In this document: piece after piece, positions 30,887 through 39,529 of the stretch
How positions within the stretch are numbered: the stretch's first letter is position 1
Layout: each line of letters opens with the position of its first letter
DNA from: Spirochaetia bacterium
GTDB taxonomy: Bacteria > Spirochaetota > Spirochaetia > CAKZLE01
DNA: 64,000 nucleotides
Direction: 5' to 3'
NCBI GenBank assembly: GCA_963677595.1
Contig: OY782041.1
Span: 1,632,001-1,696,000 of the forward strand
The notes under the pieces: generated by a model
The model's input: only the letters and a program-made list of their open reading frames with translations
Databases searched by the model: none
What the model was told of the DNA's origin: nothing
Program-made: the position numbers and the translations under genes

Positions 30887-32431
30887 TAGATGCTATCCTA
30901 TTCTTGACGGAGAATGGGAACCGGTGATCGTGTAATGATCTATTGTGATGGATGCTGGACTGCCAGACATACCTCAATGAGAAAGATACACTGACCGGTC
31001 ATCGAAGACTACTTGGAGACTTCCCGGGGAATTCTCCCCGGGAATGATCTCAATAATAAAAATGAAGGACATCTACGCACTTCCTGTCATAAAGCTTCCC
31101 AACTATCCGTTAATTTTATTTTGAGGAGGCTGCCATGATAGACAGACCTTTACGATTGACGGCAACCAGGATCATCGGCTTGGATCTTTCCAAGAAGACT
31201 CTGGTTGGGTGTATGCTGCTAGCAGAAGAAGGGTTCATGAAGAATCACTTCTTCAACGAGAAGATGAATGCTCAAGGACGTCAGCGACTCGCTGAACGGT
31301 TCAAAGCAGGAGATGCGATCTTTATGGAGGGAGGGACATCTTCCTTCAACCTCGCACGGTATCTGCTGAAGCACACCGAAGCAGACGTGTATGTACTCAA
31401 CCCCATGAAACTGCATATCATCTTCGAGTCGATCTGCAAGACAGATCGGCAAGATGCTGCAAAATTGGCTAAGTATGCACGGGATGCCCATCCTGAGAAC
31501 TGGGTACTGGTTCCCATCCCGACTGAACAGGAATCTGCTGAGCGCTCAGTAGTCAAACTTCACATCGCCTATGCTCAGTATCGTACGAAGGTCATCAACA
31601 AGCTTCATGCGGTATTCACGGGAATGGGGTTCCCTGACCTGAAGAAATCGGATCTGAAGGATCCTCGCAAGCGACGGGCCTGGGTGGAGACCCTACTCGC
31701 CGAGGAGATAGCTCTATTCAGTGCAGGGCTCCTGCTCGAAGAGCTTGAATCATTGGAGTCGCAGATGGAACGTATTCATGAGAAGCTCAAGGAGATCATT
31801 CTCGCTCATCCACGAGAAGCTCTTTCCTGGCTCTCGATCCCTGGCATCGGAGACATCACGGCTGTAACGCTCATTGCCTTCCTCGGTAATGGAGACCGAT
31901 TCTCTTCTGCTAACCAACTGAGGAACTATATCGGTCTCATCCCGAAGAAGGATCAATCTGGGACGGTCGATAAGCAGCTCGGGGTCTCTCGTCACGGGTG
32001 TATGCCGATCAGGAGGCACATCATGCAGGGAGCCTGGGGGATCAAGAGCTTTAGGAGAGATTGTTCTCTTACTCGGTACTGGCAGCGTCTTGAGAGCCGA
32101 CGGAAGCTTGGTCAGAAAGCATCAGTTGCCATTGCTAATAAGATGCTCTCTATCGGATTCGCTCTGCTGAAGAACGGTGACATCTACCGGATGCCTGACG
32201 GGGAACAGTATCTGTTGAAGAAACTGCAATACTATAAACTTGAAGCTCTCGTCGGAACCCGATCCTGGCAGATTAATTCCGATAAGAGCTCAATAACCAG
32301 CTAAAGCCAATCTAACGGTTTTAGCCTATCACTAACCACCTCCCCACGCAAGTCCTTATTTTTAAGGTCTCGGAGAATTGTGTCTATTTGAATTGCCAAA
32401 ACTTTCTTGTTTATACCCCTTGACATCTACA
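30887..32431 (+). mobile_element. IS110-family element (ends inferred)
   Basis: Transposase plus non-coding ends; CA dinucleotide at both junctions flanked by TAGATG / CATCTA; TTGACA near the right end. Confidence 0.7.
31135..32304 (+). CDS. IS110 family transposase (DEDD recombinase)
   Basis: GLDLSK, ME, KTD..DA, IPGIG, GL.P...QSG catalytic-Ser region, A.VAIANK. Confidence 0.92.
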   Translation: MIDRPLRLTATRIIGLDLSKKTLVGCMLLAEEGFMKNHFFNEKMNAQGRQRLAERFKAGDAIFMEGGTSSFNLARYLLKHTEADVYVLNPMKLHIIFESICKTDRQDAAKLAKYARDAHPENWVLVPIPTEQESAERSVVKLHIAYAQYRTKVINKLHAVFTGMGFPDLKKSDLKDPRKRRAWVETLLAEEIALFSAGLLLEELESLESQMERIHEKLKEIILAHPREALSWLSIPGIGDITAVTLIAFLGNGDRFSSANQLRNYIGLIPKKDQSGTVDKQLGVSRHGCMPIRRHIMQGAWGIKSFRRDCSLTRYWQRLESRRKLGQKASVAIANKMLSIGFALLKNGDIYRMPDGEQYLLKKLQYYKLEALVGTRSWQINSDKSSITS

Positions 32432-32447
32432 GACAAATAAAATAGAA

Positions 32448-32471
32448 CAGCCGCCCTTCTCAGGGCGGCTG
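32448..32471. terminator. Hairpin downstream of the pilus locus
   Basis: CAGCCGCCCT-tctc-AGGGCGGCTG; T-rich tail on the minus strand. Confidence 0.7.
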
Positions 32472-32491
32472 CAGGTATATTCACAGGTTGG

Positions 32492-32983
32492 TTAGTTAGC
32501 AATTACGGATAACGTCAGGATGTCTGAATACCTTGAGCTCGTCTCTGCGAGACTGCCGGCTTCATAGGCGATGGCAATATTGCCAGCCATGGTATAGTCA
32601 GAATTCTGGACATGTCCTACACCATGATCGAGTGCTACAACTTCATCACCGAACAGAATGTCGTATCCGATGGTCTCATCAGAATCTGATGAGGTCAGGT
32701 ACGGCGTGCCTTCTGAACTTGAGGCAGCATTCCTTGACGAAATCTCTACAGTATAACCAGTAGTTTTCGTTGAATTCTCTTTGATAGTTCCCACTTGGGT
32801 CCTACCGCTTTCGCTGTCGAGAGATACGCTGGAAGAAAGGGTATCATTCAGTATTACAAGGTCAGCTCTCTCAGGTACATAACCACGGAGTACAAGAGTT
32901 CCTGATGTAGCGGCAACGGTCGTTCCCAGAAATAAAACCATGTAAAGAAGAATCACTAACGAGGTTTTCATTTTAGTACGCAT
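32492..32983 (-). CDS. Pilin-like secreted subunit
   Basis: Signal peptide, GTLVLRG.V first strand, C-terminal YSD.LTLSV motif. Confidence 0.6.
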   Translation of the reverse strand: MRTKMKTSLVILLYMVLFLGTTVAATSGTLVLRGYVPERADLVILNDTLSSSVSLDSESGRTQVGTIKENSTKTTGYTVEISSRNAASSSEGTPYLTSSDSDETIGYDILFGDEVVALDHGVGHVQNSDYTMAGNIAIAYEAGSLAETSSRYSDILTLSVIAN

Positions 32984-33192
32984 CTTGGTACCCCTTCGTG
33001 TGTGATTTTTCTTACTTTTTACGTAGTTTATTTTTTAATGGTTTTTTGCAATATCTGTTTTACTATCTACTTTTTTCTATTATTCCCTCCCTGTGTATAC
33101 CTGCATACATAATACACCTGCAGGGGAAGAATATCTAGGTAAAAATGTGAGAGTGCTGAATAATTTATTACAAAAACAATAATGTAATCAGG

Positions 33193-34245
33193 TCAATTCC
33201 CGATGATGGTGAAAGTCAGGTAGTCGTAGTAGTCACCGGCAGGAACGAAATCGATCAAGGAACTGATCTGTATATCAATGGGGTAGCGGTCACCGGGTGA
33301 AGATGATGCATCAGCATACGGAACAAGGGAAGCCGGACTACCTGGTGAAAGCGGGTGCCAAACGTTTTCAAAAAAGAACTTATACTCCACATACGCATCA
33401 ACGGTCTCATGCTTCAGTTTGCTGCCGTAGGTCGACTGTACTTCAATGGAATAAGGGACCAGGGCTTCGATGATCAGATCGGCTTGTTGGACCTCATCTG
33501 GATCGAGCGTCCCGAAATTCATGGAATAGGGTGTGGAGGTGAATTCAAAAGCGCCGTCATGTTCTATGATCGAGGAGTTGATGGAAGCAGCGGCGTAGGT
33601 GTTGTAGGAAATGACCTGTGAATCGAGCAGTTCCAAGTTAGGCAGGTCTGCAAAGGTGAGCTCAGTCTGGGGGCCGTCCCCGGCAAGGTCAAGCAGTCCC
33701 CAGAGTTCCACGGTGAGTGACTGGTCTGAATAGGTGCCGGTGCTGATATACTGCCCAGCTGGAATCTCGAACTCGAATGAACTGTTGGCGGTGAATTTCC
33801 TTGTCTGTCCCCCGACATAGATCGTAAGGAGGTCATTCAAGGATGTCGCATCTGCCTTCGACATCAGGACGTTCCTTGAGCTGATGGAGTCATACAGCTG
33901 GTAATTGATGCTGTAACCGCCCTGGGAGATAGTTCTTTGGAGATAGGACCCTGAATCCCCTTCAGAGACCCCGATGACCAGCCAGTCGACCGGGATCGTC
34001 TTGTTCTGGTTGACTCCATTGATGGTGATCGATTCATTCGTCGTGATAGTGATACTACCGTCGTAATTATCAGCTGAGATATACGTAGACAAGTTCTTGA
34101 AGGTCGCTATTGACCCCACATACTGTTGTGCTGACACAGATAGCGTGGATATGATAAAGAGAAGAATTATAACGCTTCTGATACCTTTGACAGTTCTCAT
34201 CAGGACTCCAAATACAGACATACTGTCTATTTTGCTGACTGACAT
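33193..34245 (-). CDS. Two-domain pilus tip adhesin-like protein (spore coat U/Csu type)
   Basis: Signal peptide; NYQLY, IPAGQ...GTYSD, MNFG, AGDY.D.LTFTI; start may be 34200. Confidence 0.7.
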   Translation of the reverse strand: MSVSKIDSMSVFGVLMRTVKGIRSVIILLFIISTLSVSAQQYVGSIATFKNLSTYISADNYDGSITITTNESITINGVNQNKTIPVDWLVIGVSEGDSGSYLQRTISQGGYSINYQLYDSISSRNVLMSKADATSLNDLLTIYVGGQTRKFTANSSFEFEIPAGQYISTGTYSDQSLTVELWGLLDLAGDGPQTELTFADLPNLELLDSQVISYNTYAAASINSSIIEHDGAFEFTSTPYSMNFGTLDPDEVQQADLIIEALVPYSIEVQSTYGSKLKHETVDAYVEYKFFFENVWHPLSPGSPASLVPYADASSSPGDRYPIDIQISSLIDFVPAGDYYDYLTFTIIGN

Positions 34246-34384
34246 ATGGAATGCTGTTATTACCTTGGCAGTATACTTATTATAATTAGTATAATAACCT
34301 TACAAATGAAAAGAAATAGGCTATTATGATCAATTCCCAAAATAACTGCAGTTTACCTTGGGATCCTCTGTTCCTTAGGACTCT

Positions 34385-35386
34385 TCAGTTCCCAATGATC
34401 TCGAACACCAGGCTGTCTGAATAGTCACCTGCGGGTACCCACCCGAAGTCCCCGATGGTGATCGTAAGCGTATGGGCAGTCCCGTATGCATCCGTAGGAG
34501 GAGCATTGGAGATGAGCATGACCGGGTGCTGCGCTGCAGAGAGGTCGCATACCATACCGTCGATGTCGACGGTATAGGGGATGGTCTCTGTCACGGTCGG
34601 GTTCACATGGCTTAAGACACTGCCGTTATAGGAGTAGGCTGAGATGGAGTAGATGGAATTGGAGCATGCTATCGCATCCGCTTTTAGTACCTCCCCGGGA
34701 TAGATCACCCCGAAGTCCATACTGTACCCCTGTGAGTGCGGGTCATACGCTGAACCCATGTCGACGATGCATAATCCGATGCTGTGGTCGATTGTGATGG
34801 TAAGAGGCATGGTTACGTTATCCTCAAGCTCGGAATCATGGTAATAGGAGATCTCGATGGAGTCGGTGTAGGTCCCTGACGGAATATTCTGGCCTGAGGG
34901 GATCTCGAGGATGAAGCTGTGGCTGTATGTCTGGGTTATCGAAGACCTCCCCCCGATCTCAGAAGATGGGAACCGGTAGTAGAGGCAGTCCTCAAGAGAG
35001 GCAGCAGTCTCAGCATCCCGCAGGAGGTTCCGGTCTGTATCATTGTCATAGAGGTTGTAGTGGATGATCTCATTCCCCATGGTGTGAACAGCGTAGCGGT
35101 CGGAGACCGCTCCGCTGTTCCCGGCAGAGAAGTAGACATAGGTGTCTGCCGGGTCGGCAGTCTTCGGGTTATACGCCGTGTTATAGGCTCCCCGCTGTAT
35201 GACCAGCTCGAACTGGGCATGGTCGGTGAACTCCCGCATGTATGTCTCGGTGACCGATACCGGGTACTCCGCTATATCATAATGCTCGAGGATACCGTAG
35301 GCTGCCAATCCCTGCATTGCCAGCAGGAACACGCCGATGAAAATCGCGAGGTGTAGGTGTTGTCTGATTCGTCTGGTCTGCATCAT
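34385..35386 (-). CDS. Two-domain pilus tip adhesin-like protein (paralog)
   Basis: Signal peptide; YNLY, IPSGQ...GTYTD, MDFG, AGDYSD.L.F. Confidence 0.7.
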   Translation of the reverse strand: MMQTRRIRQHLHLAIFIGVFLLAMQGLAAYGILEHYDIAEYPVSVTETYMREFTDHAQFELVIQRGAYNTAYNPKTADPADTYVYFSAGNSGAVSDRYAVHTMGNEIIHYNLYDNDTDRNLLRDAETAASLEDCLYYRFPSSEIGGRSSITQTYSHSFILEIPSGQNIPSGTYTDSIEISYYHDSELEDNVTMPLTITIDHSIGLCIVDMGSAYDPHSQGYSMDFGVIYPGEVLKADAIACSNSIYSISAYSYNGSVLSHVNPTVTETIPYTVDIDGMVCDLSAAQHPVMLISNAPPTDAYGTAHTLTITIGDFGWVPAGDYSDSLVFEIIGN

Positions 35387-35394
35387 GTTTCCTA

Positions 35395-37869
35395 TTAGAA
35401 CTGCTTGTATTCGATCGGGATGATGATATCCTTCGCCTGGAAGATTCCCGTAATCCCCGACGGGATCTCAAGAGTGAACTCTATGCCGTCCCCGGCATAC
35501 AGCGTGACGATGTGGGTCCCGCTGTGGAGTCCGTAGATCTCAAAGGTCCCGTCGTTATAGGTAAAGAAGAATTCGGGGAAATCATCAGGTCCGAGGACTG
35601 CTCCCTGTTCCAGTACATCACCGGAATAGAGTGCTACAGGGGTCCCGTCAGAGAAGAGCATCCTTCCCTGGACCGTGACATTGGCATCCACCCCGATCTT
35701 GACAGTCCCGGCTTGGTGGTAGGCAGGTCGGAAGGTATAGCTGTCTGAACCTATCTCGAAGCCGTCGGGGATCTCGATCGGCTCTATGACGATGGCATGT
35801 TCGGTGAAGGAAGAGAGGCCGTTGATCACGGCGGCACCAACATTATCGGTCCTTCCTTTGTAGGAATTTCCGCTGGGGTTCACCCCAATGACCAGACCTG
35901 GGATCTGTACTTCCGGTGCGACCAGGACAAAGGAGTCGCTGATCGGTCTTGATACCCCGAACAGGCCATCGGCATAGGAGAAGGCGGTGTCCAGCCCAAG
36001 GTCTATCGTGTATACGGAGGAGCTCCCTGTACGGTTCATCTTGAGGTTTGCATCAAGGAGGAAGTCTGAATGCTTGATGTCGGCACTCAGGTTCGCTGAA
36101 TCCGGCAGGGGATCGTCAATGGTCAGGTCGCTCATGTTCAGCCCGAGGGACAGGTTCCCGTTCAGGTTCGTGGGCGTGTAGCTGGCATTCACCGTATTGG
36201 ATCCATCAAGGACATCCTGGTCAGCGCTGATGGAGAAATCAGCGTTCCTCGGGGAGTAGTTCGCTGCTATCTTGAAGGTCGGATTGTAGCTAAGTGAGGT
36301 ATCCCATGCTCCTGTATAGGATGCGGTCACCCCGAACTCTCGGGAGAGTCTCGCCCTCAGGGAGAGAGACAGGGAGGGGTTCACGACAGTACCGTCCTTC
36401 TCGAAGGTGATCCTGCCGGTGGTACTAGCGGAGACTGCTCCGAGGATAGTCTGTCCATATGACCCGGAGAGTTTCCAGGTGTTCGTCTGCGATGCCGCAG
36501 TGTCTGTGTTGCTGAAGGATGTGTAGTGGTCACTGGTATAGGTCCCAGTAAAGGTGTAGGCCCTGTTCACCAATGAGTTGGCATCCACATGGCGGTAGTT
36601 CAGCGAGGCAAGAAGGCCGAGATTCTCATCTGCAGTACGGCTCGCTGCGGTATTGAGTTTGAAGTTTCCAAGATTGGCAGCCCATACAGTAGAAAGCCCG
36701 ATGTTCTGCTGGTTTGTGCCTGCCTGGAAGAAGTATTGCCCGCTCATGTGGTCGCTGATCCCGAAGGTCTGCATGCCGAATACCTCGGGCCAGGTTGTGA
36801 GGTCCCGGTCCTTGAATCCCATACCGAAAGCGTACTCGGTCTGTCCGGGAGGGGTGAGTGCATTGTCATATGCGAACAGGAACTCCTCTGCAGCGACTTC
36901 CTCCCCGTCGGGATCCGTCAGCTGGATCTTGAAATCATTGACGCCGTTGTTGAAGTAGAAGTCATTGATGGTGTACATACCGGCGTTCATGTCAACGGCC
37001 TTGATCCTGCGGTTGTTCAGGAAGATGTTGACCAGGACGTTGTCTTCCGGTACGAGGAAGGAATGGGTGTAGTTAGAATAACTCTTCCGCTTGAAGGAGT
37101 TGGCATAGTTCCTGGAGATGACTGCCCCGAGATAGGCTGGAGAGCTCTGGTTCGGTGCAGCATCATAGGTGATATCGCCGAGCATCAGCCGAAACGGGAG
37201 GTCTACCCAGTCCTTTAGGAGGCGTGCATAGCCGAACGAGAAAGAAGTATCAGAGAACAGCGATGTGGTGAGCCTCGATTCAAGAGTCCAGCCGGAGAAG
37301 TTGAGGGAGGGTTCGAGGATGAAGCTTATGGGGGTCGATATCTCGAAGCTGCTGCTGTCATAGCCCATGGTGATCGACCCGTTTGAATAGATGTTGGTGT
37401 ACATACTGAACCTGCTCGGTTCGATCTCGGGGTATATAAGCGGGTCTTTTGCACCCAACAGCGATATATCCTGGCTCTTGGTGTTCTCCGGCGGGATGAA
37501 CACCTCGATGAGCAGGTCGAGCATGTTGAAGGTCACGATGACAGGGGCATCCTGCAGGTCGGCTATGGCGACCCACTGCTCGGGGTTCTCGGTGAAATAG
37601 GAGAGCTTCTCCTCCGAGATTCGGTCAGTGAGGAAGGATGCAAGTTCAACGATGTCGACCTCGGTATCCATCTCCTCCATCGGCAGGGAGTTGATCTCGC
37701 CGACATACCTCCCGTCTATGAGCAGGGGAAGATAGATCTCCTCAGGAGTGAAGGTAAACTCGAACTCCTGTGCAAATAGAGAGGTGGGTATTACCATTAA
37801 GAGGATAGCTGTTAACAGTAACGAAACAGTATGTAGATGCGCAGGCTTATCTGATGTTCTCCATTTCAT
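35395..37869 (-). CDS. Fimbrial usher-like outer-membrane protein
   Basis: About 820 aa, beta-rich; LGDI, V.IFLN.......AG.Y.I.DF....G.N, RPISDSF.LV, V.GR....DG.P; follows the chaperone gene; start uncertain. Confidence 0.8.
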   Translation of the reverse strand: MKWRTSDKPAHLHTVSLLLTAILLMVIPTSLFAQEFEFTFTPEEIYLPLLIDGRYVGEINSLPMEEMDTEVDIVELASFLTDRISEEKLSYFTENPEQWVAIADLQDAPVIVTFNMLDLLIEVFIPPENTKSQDISLLGAKDPLIYPEIEPSRFSMYTNIYSNGSITMGYDSSSFEISTPISFILEPSLNFSGWTLESRLTTSLFSDTSFSFGYARLLKDWVDLPFRLMLGDITYDAAPNQSSPAYLGAVISRNYANSFKRKSYSNYTHSFLVPEDNVLVNIFLNNRRIKAVDMNAGMYTINDFYFNNGVNDFKIQLTDPDGEEVAAEEFLFAYDNALTPPGQTEYAFGMGFKDRDLTTWPEVFGMQTFGISDHMSGQYFFQAGTNQQNIGLSTVWAANLGNFKLNTAASRTADENLGLLASLNYRHVDANSLVNRAYTFTGTYTSDHYTSFSNTDTAASQTNTWKLSGSYGQTILGAVSASTTGRITFEKDGTVVNPSLSLSLRARLSREFGVTASYTGAWDTSLSYNPTFKIAANYSPRNADFSISADQDVLDGSNTVNASYTPTNLNGNLSLGLNMSDLTIDDPLPDSANLSADIKHSDFLLDANLKMNRTGSSSVYTIDLGLDTAFSYADGLFGVSRPISDSFVLVAPEVQIPGLVIGVNPSGNSYKGRTDNVGAAVINGLSSFTEHAIVIEPIEIPDGFEIGSDSYTFRPAYHQAGTVKIGVDANVTVQGRMLFSDGTPVALYSGDVLEQGAVLGPDDFPEFFFTYNDGTFEIYGLHSGTHIVTLYAGDGIEFTLEIPSGITGIFQAKDIIIPIEYKQF

Positions 37870-38593
37870 ACGTAGCACTCAGTTGGCCTTCTTTCAGGCC
37901 TTCGGGCCATGGAACAAGGAAAATTCGTCGCTGCCCCGCCAGGATGTTCTCACCGGCGAATCCCTTCAGCTGATCTGCAGAAAGGGTCACCTGGGATGTC
38001 ACGCTACTACCGGATTTGGAGATGACGGTCACTTCCGGCTGGTACATGATCTGGTGTGTGTTCCCGTCATTCTGCATATCGATGGCAATGAACTTATTAC
38101 CGTTCTCATCCACATGTGCCTTGACCGATTTTAGCTTCAGGTTGTAGTCGAACTCATCAGGGACCACGTACATAGTACCTCGGTAGACAAGCAGGATGTT
38201 AAGGTTCGCACCTTCCTGGGCCTGGTCGAAGTTCAGCGGGAGCTGTTCAGCCTCGATCCTGAAGGGAAGTTCAGTATCGACAGAAGCAGGACCCCTCCAC
38301 TGGACACGTACAGTCTGATACGCCCCTGGTCTCACGACGACCTGCTTGGGATAGATGTAGAAGTAGTTCGAAGCATCCTCAAGCGTCTCTGTACCGTAGA
38401 GATCCATCTCCCTGGTCATAGCACTGATCTGGACACCAATGGTCTTGTCAGTATCGTTGACCACCCTGAACGTCTGCCGTGCGCCGGTCCCTGTAGGATC
38501 GAAATCCTTGGAGATAGGCGTAAACTGGAACGCAAAAAGAGCAGGGAGGATGCATATGAATAGTACGAGCAGGAATAATTTTCTTTGTTTCAT
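37847..38593 (-). CDS. Periplasmic pilus chaperone (PapD-like)
   Basis: Signal peptide; YP.Q.V..PG..Q.VRV.W, E..FRI.AEQLP, MYV.P, N.GNTH. Confidence 0.82.
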   Translation of the reverse strand: MKQRKLFLLVLFICILPALFAFQFTPISKDFDPTGTGARQTFRVVNDTDKTIGVQISAMTREMDLYGTETLEDASNYFYIYPKQVVVRPGAYQTVRVQWRGPASVDTELPFRIEAEQLPLNFDQAQEGANLNILLVYRGTMYVVPDEFDYNLKLKSVKAHVDENGNKFIAIDMQNDGNTHQIMYQPEVTVISKSGSSVTSQVTLSADQLKGFAGENILAGQRRIFLVPWPEGLKEGQLSATYEMENIR

Positions 38594-38613
38594 GGCATTA
38601 GTATACTATAGAT

Positions 38614-38647
38614 GAAAAAAAGACCCAAGAAAAATCTCGGGCCTTTT
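38614..38647 (-). terminator. Terminator after the major pilin gene
   Basis: Minus strand AAAAGGCCCGAG-N6-CTTGGGTCTTTT followed by T run. Confidence 0.7.
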
Positions 38648-38662
38648 GTTTCTTAGCCTTGG

Positions 38663-39178
38663 TTACTGTGCTTCAATTGTAAATGTTACTGTGTCATCGT
38701 AATCGCCTGCAACATAAGTTCCATTATCTGCTGTTACAGTCAACAAAATGTCATAGGCTTCACTTTCGAAAGTAGTATTTGCTGCAGAAGTAAAAAAGAA
38801 AGTAGTATTATCAAAAACAACAGCAGTTCCGCCAAAAGTCAATGAATAAGGAACAAAGAAATCTGCTGTCCCGTCATCATTCAGGAACCTAGCACCATCA
38901 GTTGTATCATAGTTTACACTCGTTGCTTTGATCTTAAAACCTGTTACAGTGTTTGAATCAACAGTTCCAGTCGCAACTAGTAAGTCTGCTTCACCACCAG
39001 AAAGATCAATTGCAGAAGCATTACTATTTGCAGCGATGCTCAATTCAAGAATCTGATCGATTGAACCAGACAGGGCTAATACATCATCGGCAGCATTTGA
39101 ATCAGCGAAAATGGCTCCACTAGCCATAACCAACATAACCAATACGACTAAGACACTTTTGGAAAAACTTTTTTTCAT
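38663..39178 (-). CDS. Major pilin-like subunit
   Basis: Signal peptide ending IFA; L.LSGSI strand; C-terminal AGDYDDTVTFTI; first gene of the cluster. Confidence 0.72.
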   Translation of the reverse strand: MKKSFSKSVLVVLVMLVMASGAIFADSNAADDVLALSGSIDQILELSIAANSNASAIDLSGGEADLLVATGTVDSNTVTGFKIKATSVNYDTTDGARFLNDDGTADFFVPYSLTFGGTAVVFDNTTFFFTSAANTTFESEAYDILLTVTADNGTYVAGDYDDTVTFTIEAQ

Positions 39179-39529
39179 GTTTTCTTTCCTCACTTTATGT
39201 AATAATACCTATACTATACTATTTTGGTGCAGCAAAATCAAGAGAAGATTGTAATCAGTACAAGCGAATTATTACAAAATGTAAGGATTTCCATGTAAAT
39301 AAGTTATCTTGGGAGATTAGTGACGCTAAATATGGTGTCCAGTTGCTTTATTCCTATATTCCTGCACAATATCTGCAAATGTAAAAAGAGTGTAAAAATA
39401 TATCATACAGAGTCTTTATGGGAAGGTTTTTTACTGTTTCTTTGCCTGTTTCCCTGTTGTTCCGGGGGGTTCCGTCGTAGAATATGAGTATCCGGGAGGT
39501 TGGTGTCAAGTTCCTCCGGGGTGCATGAA

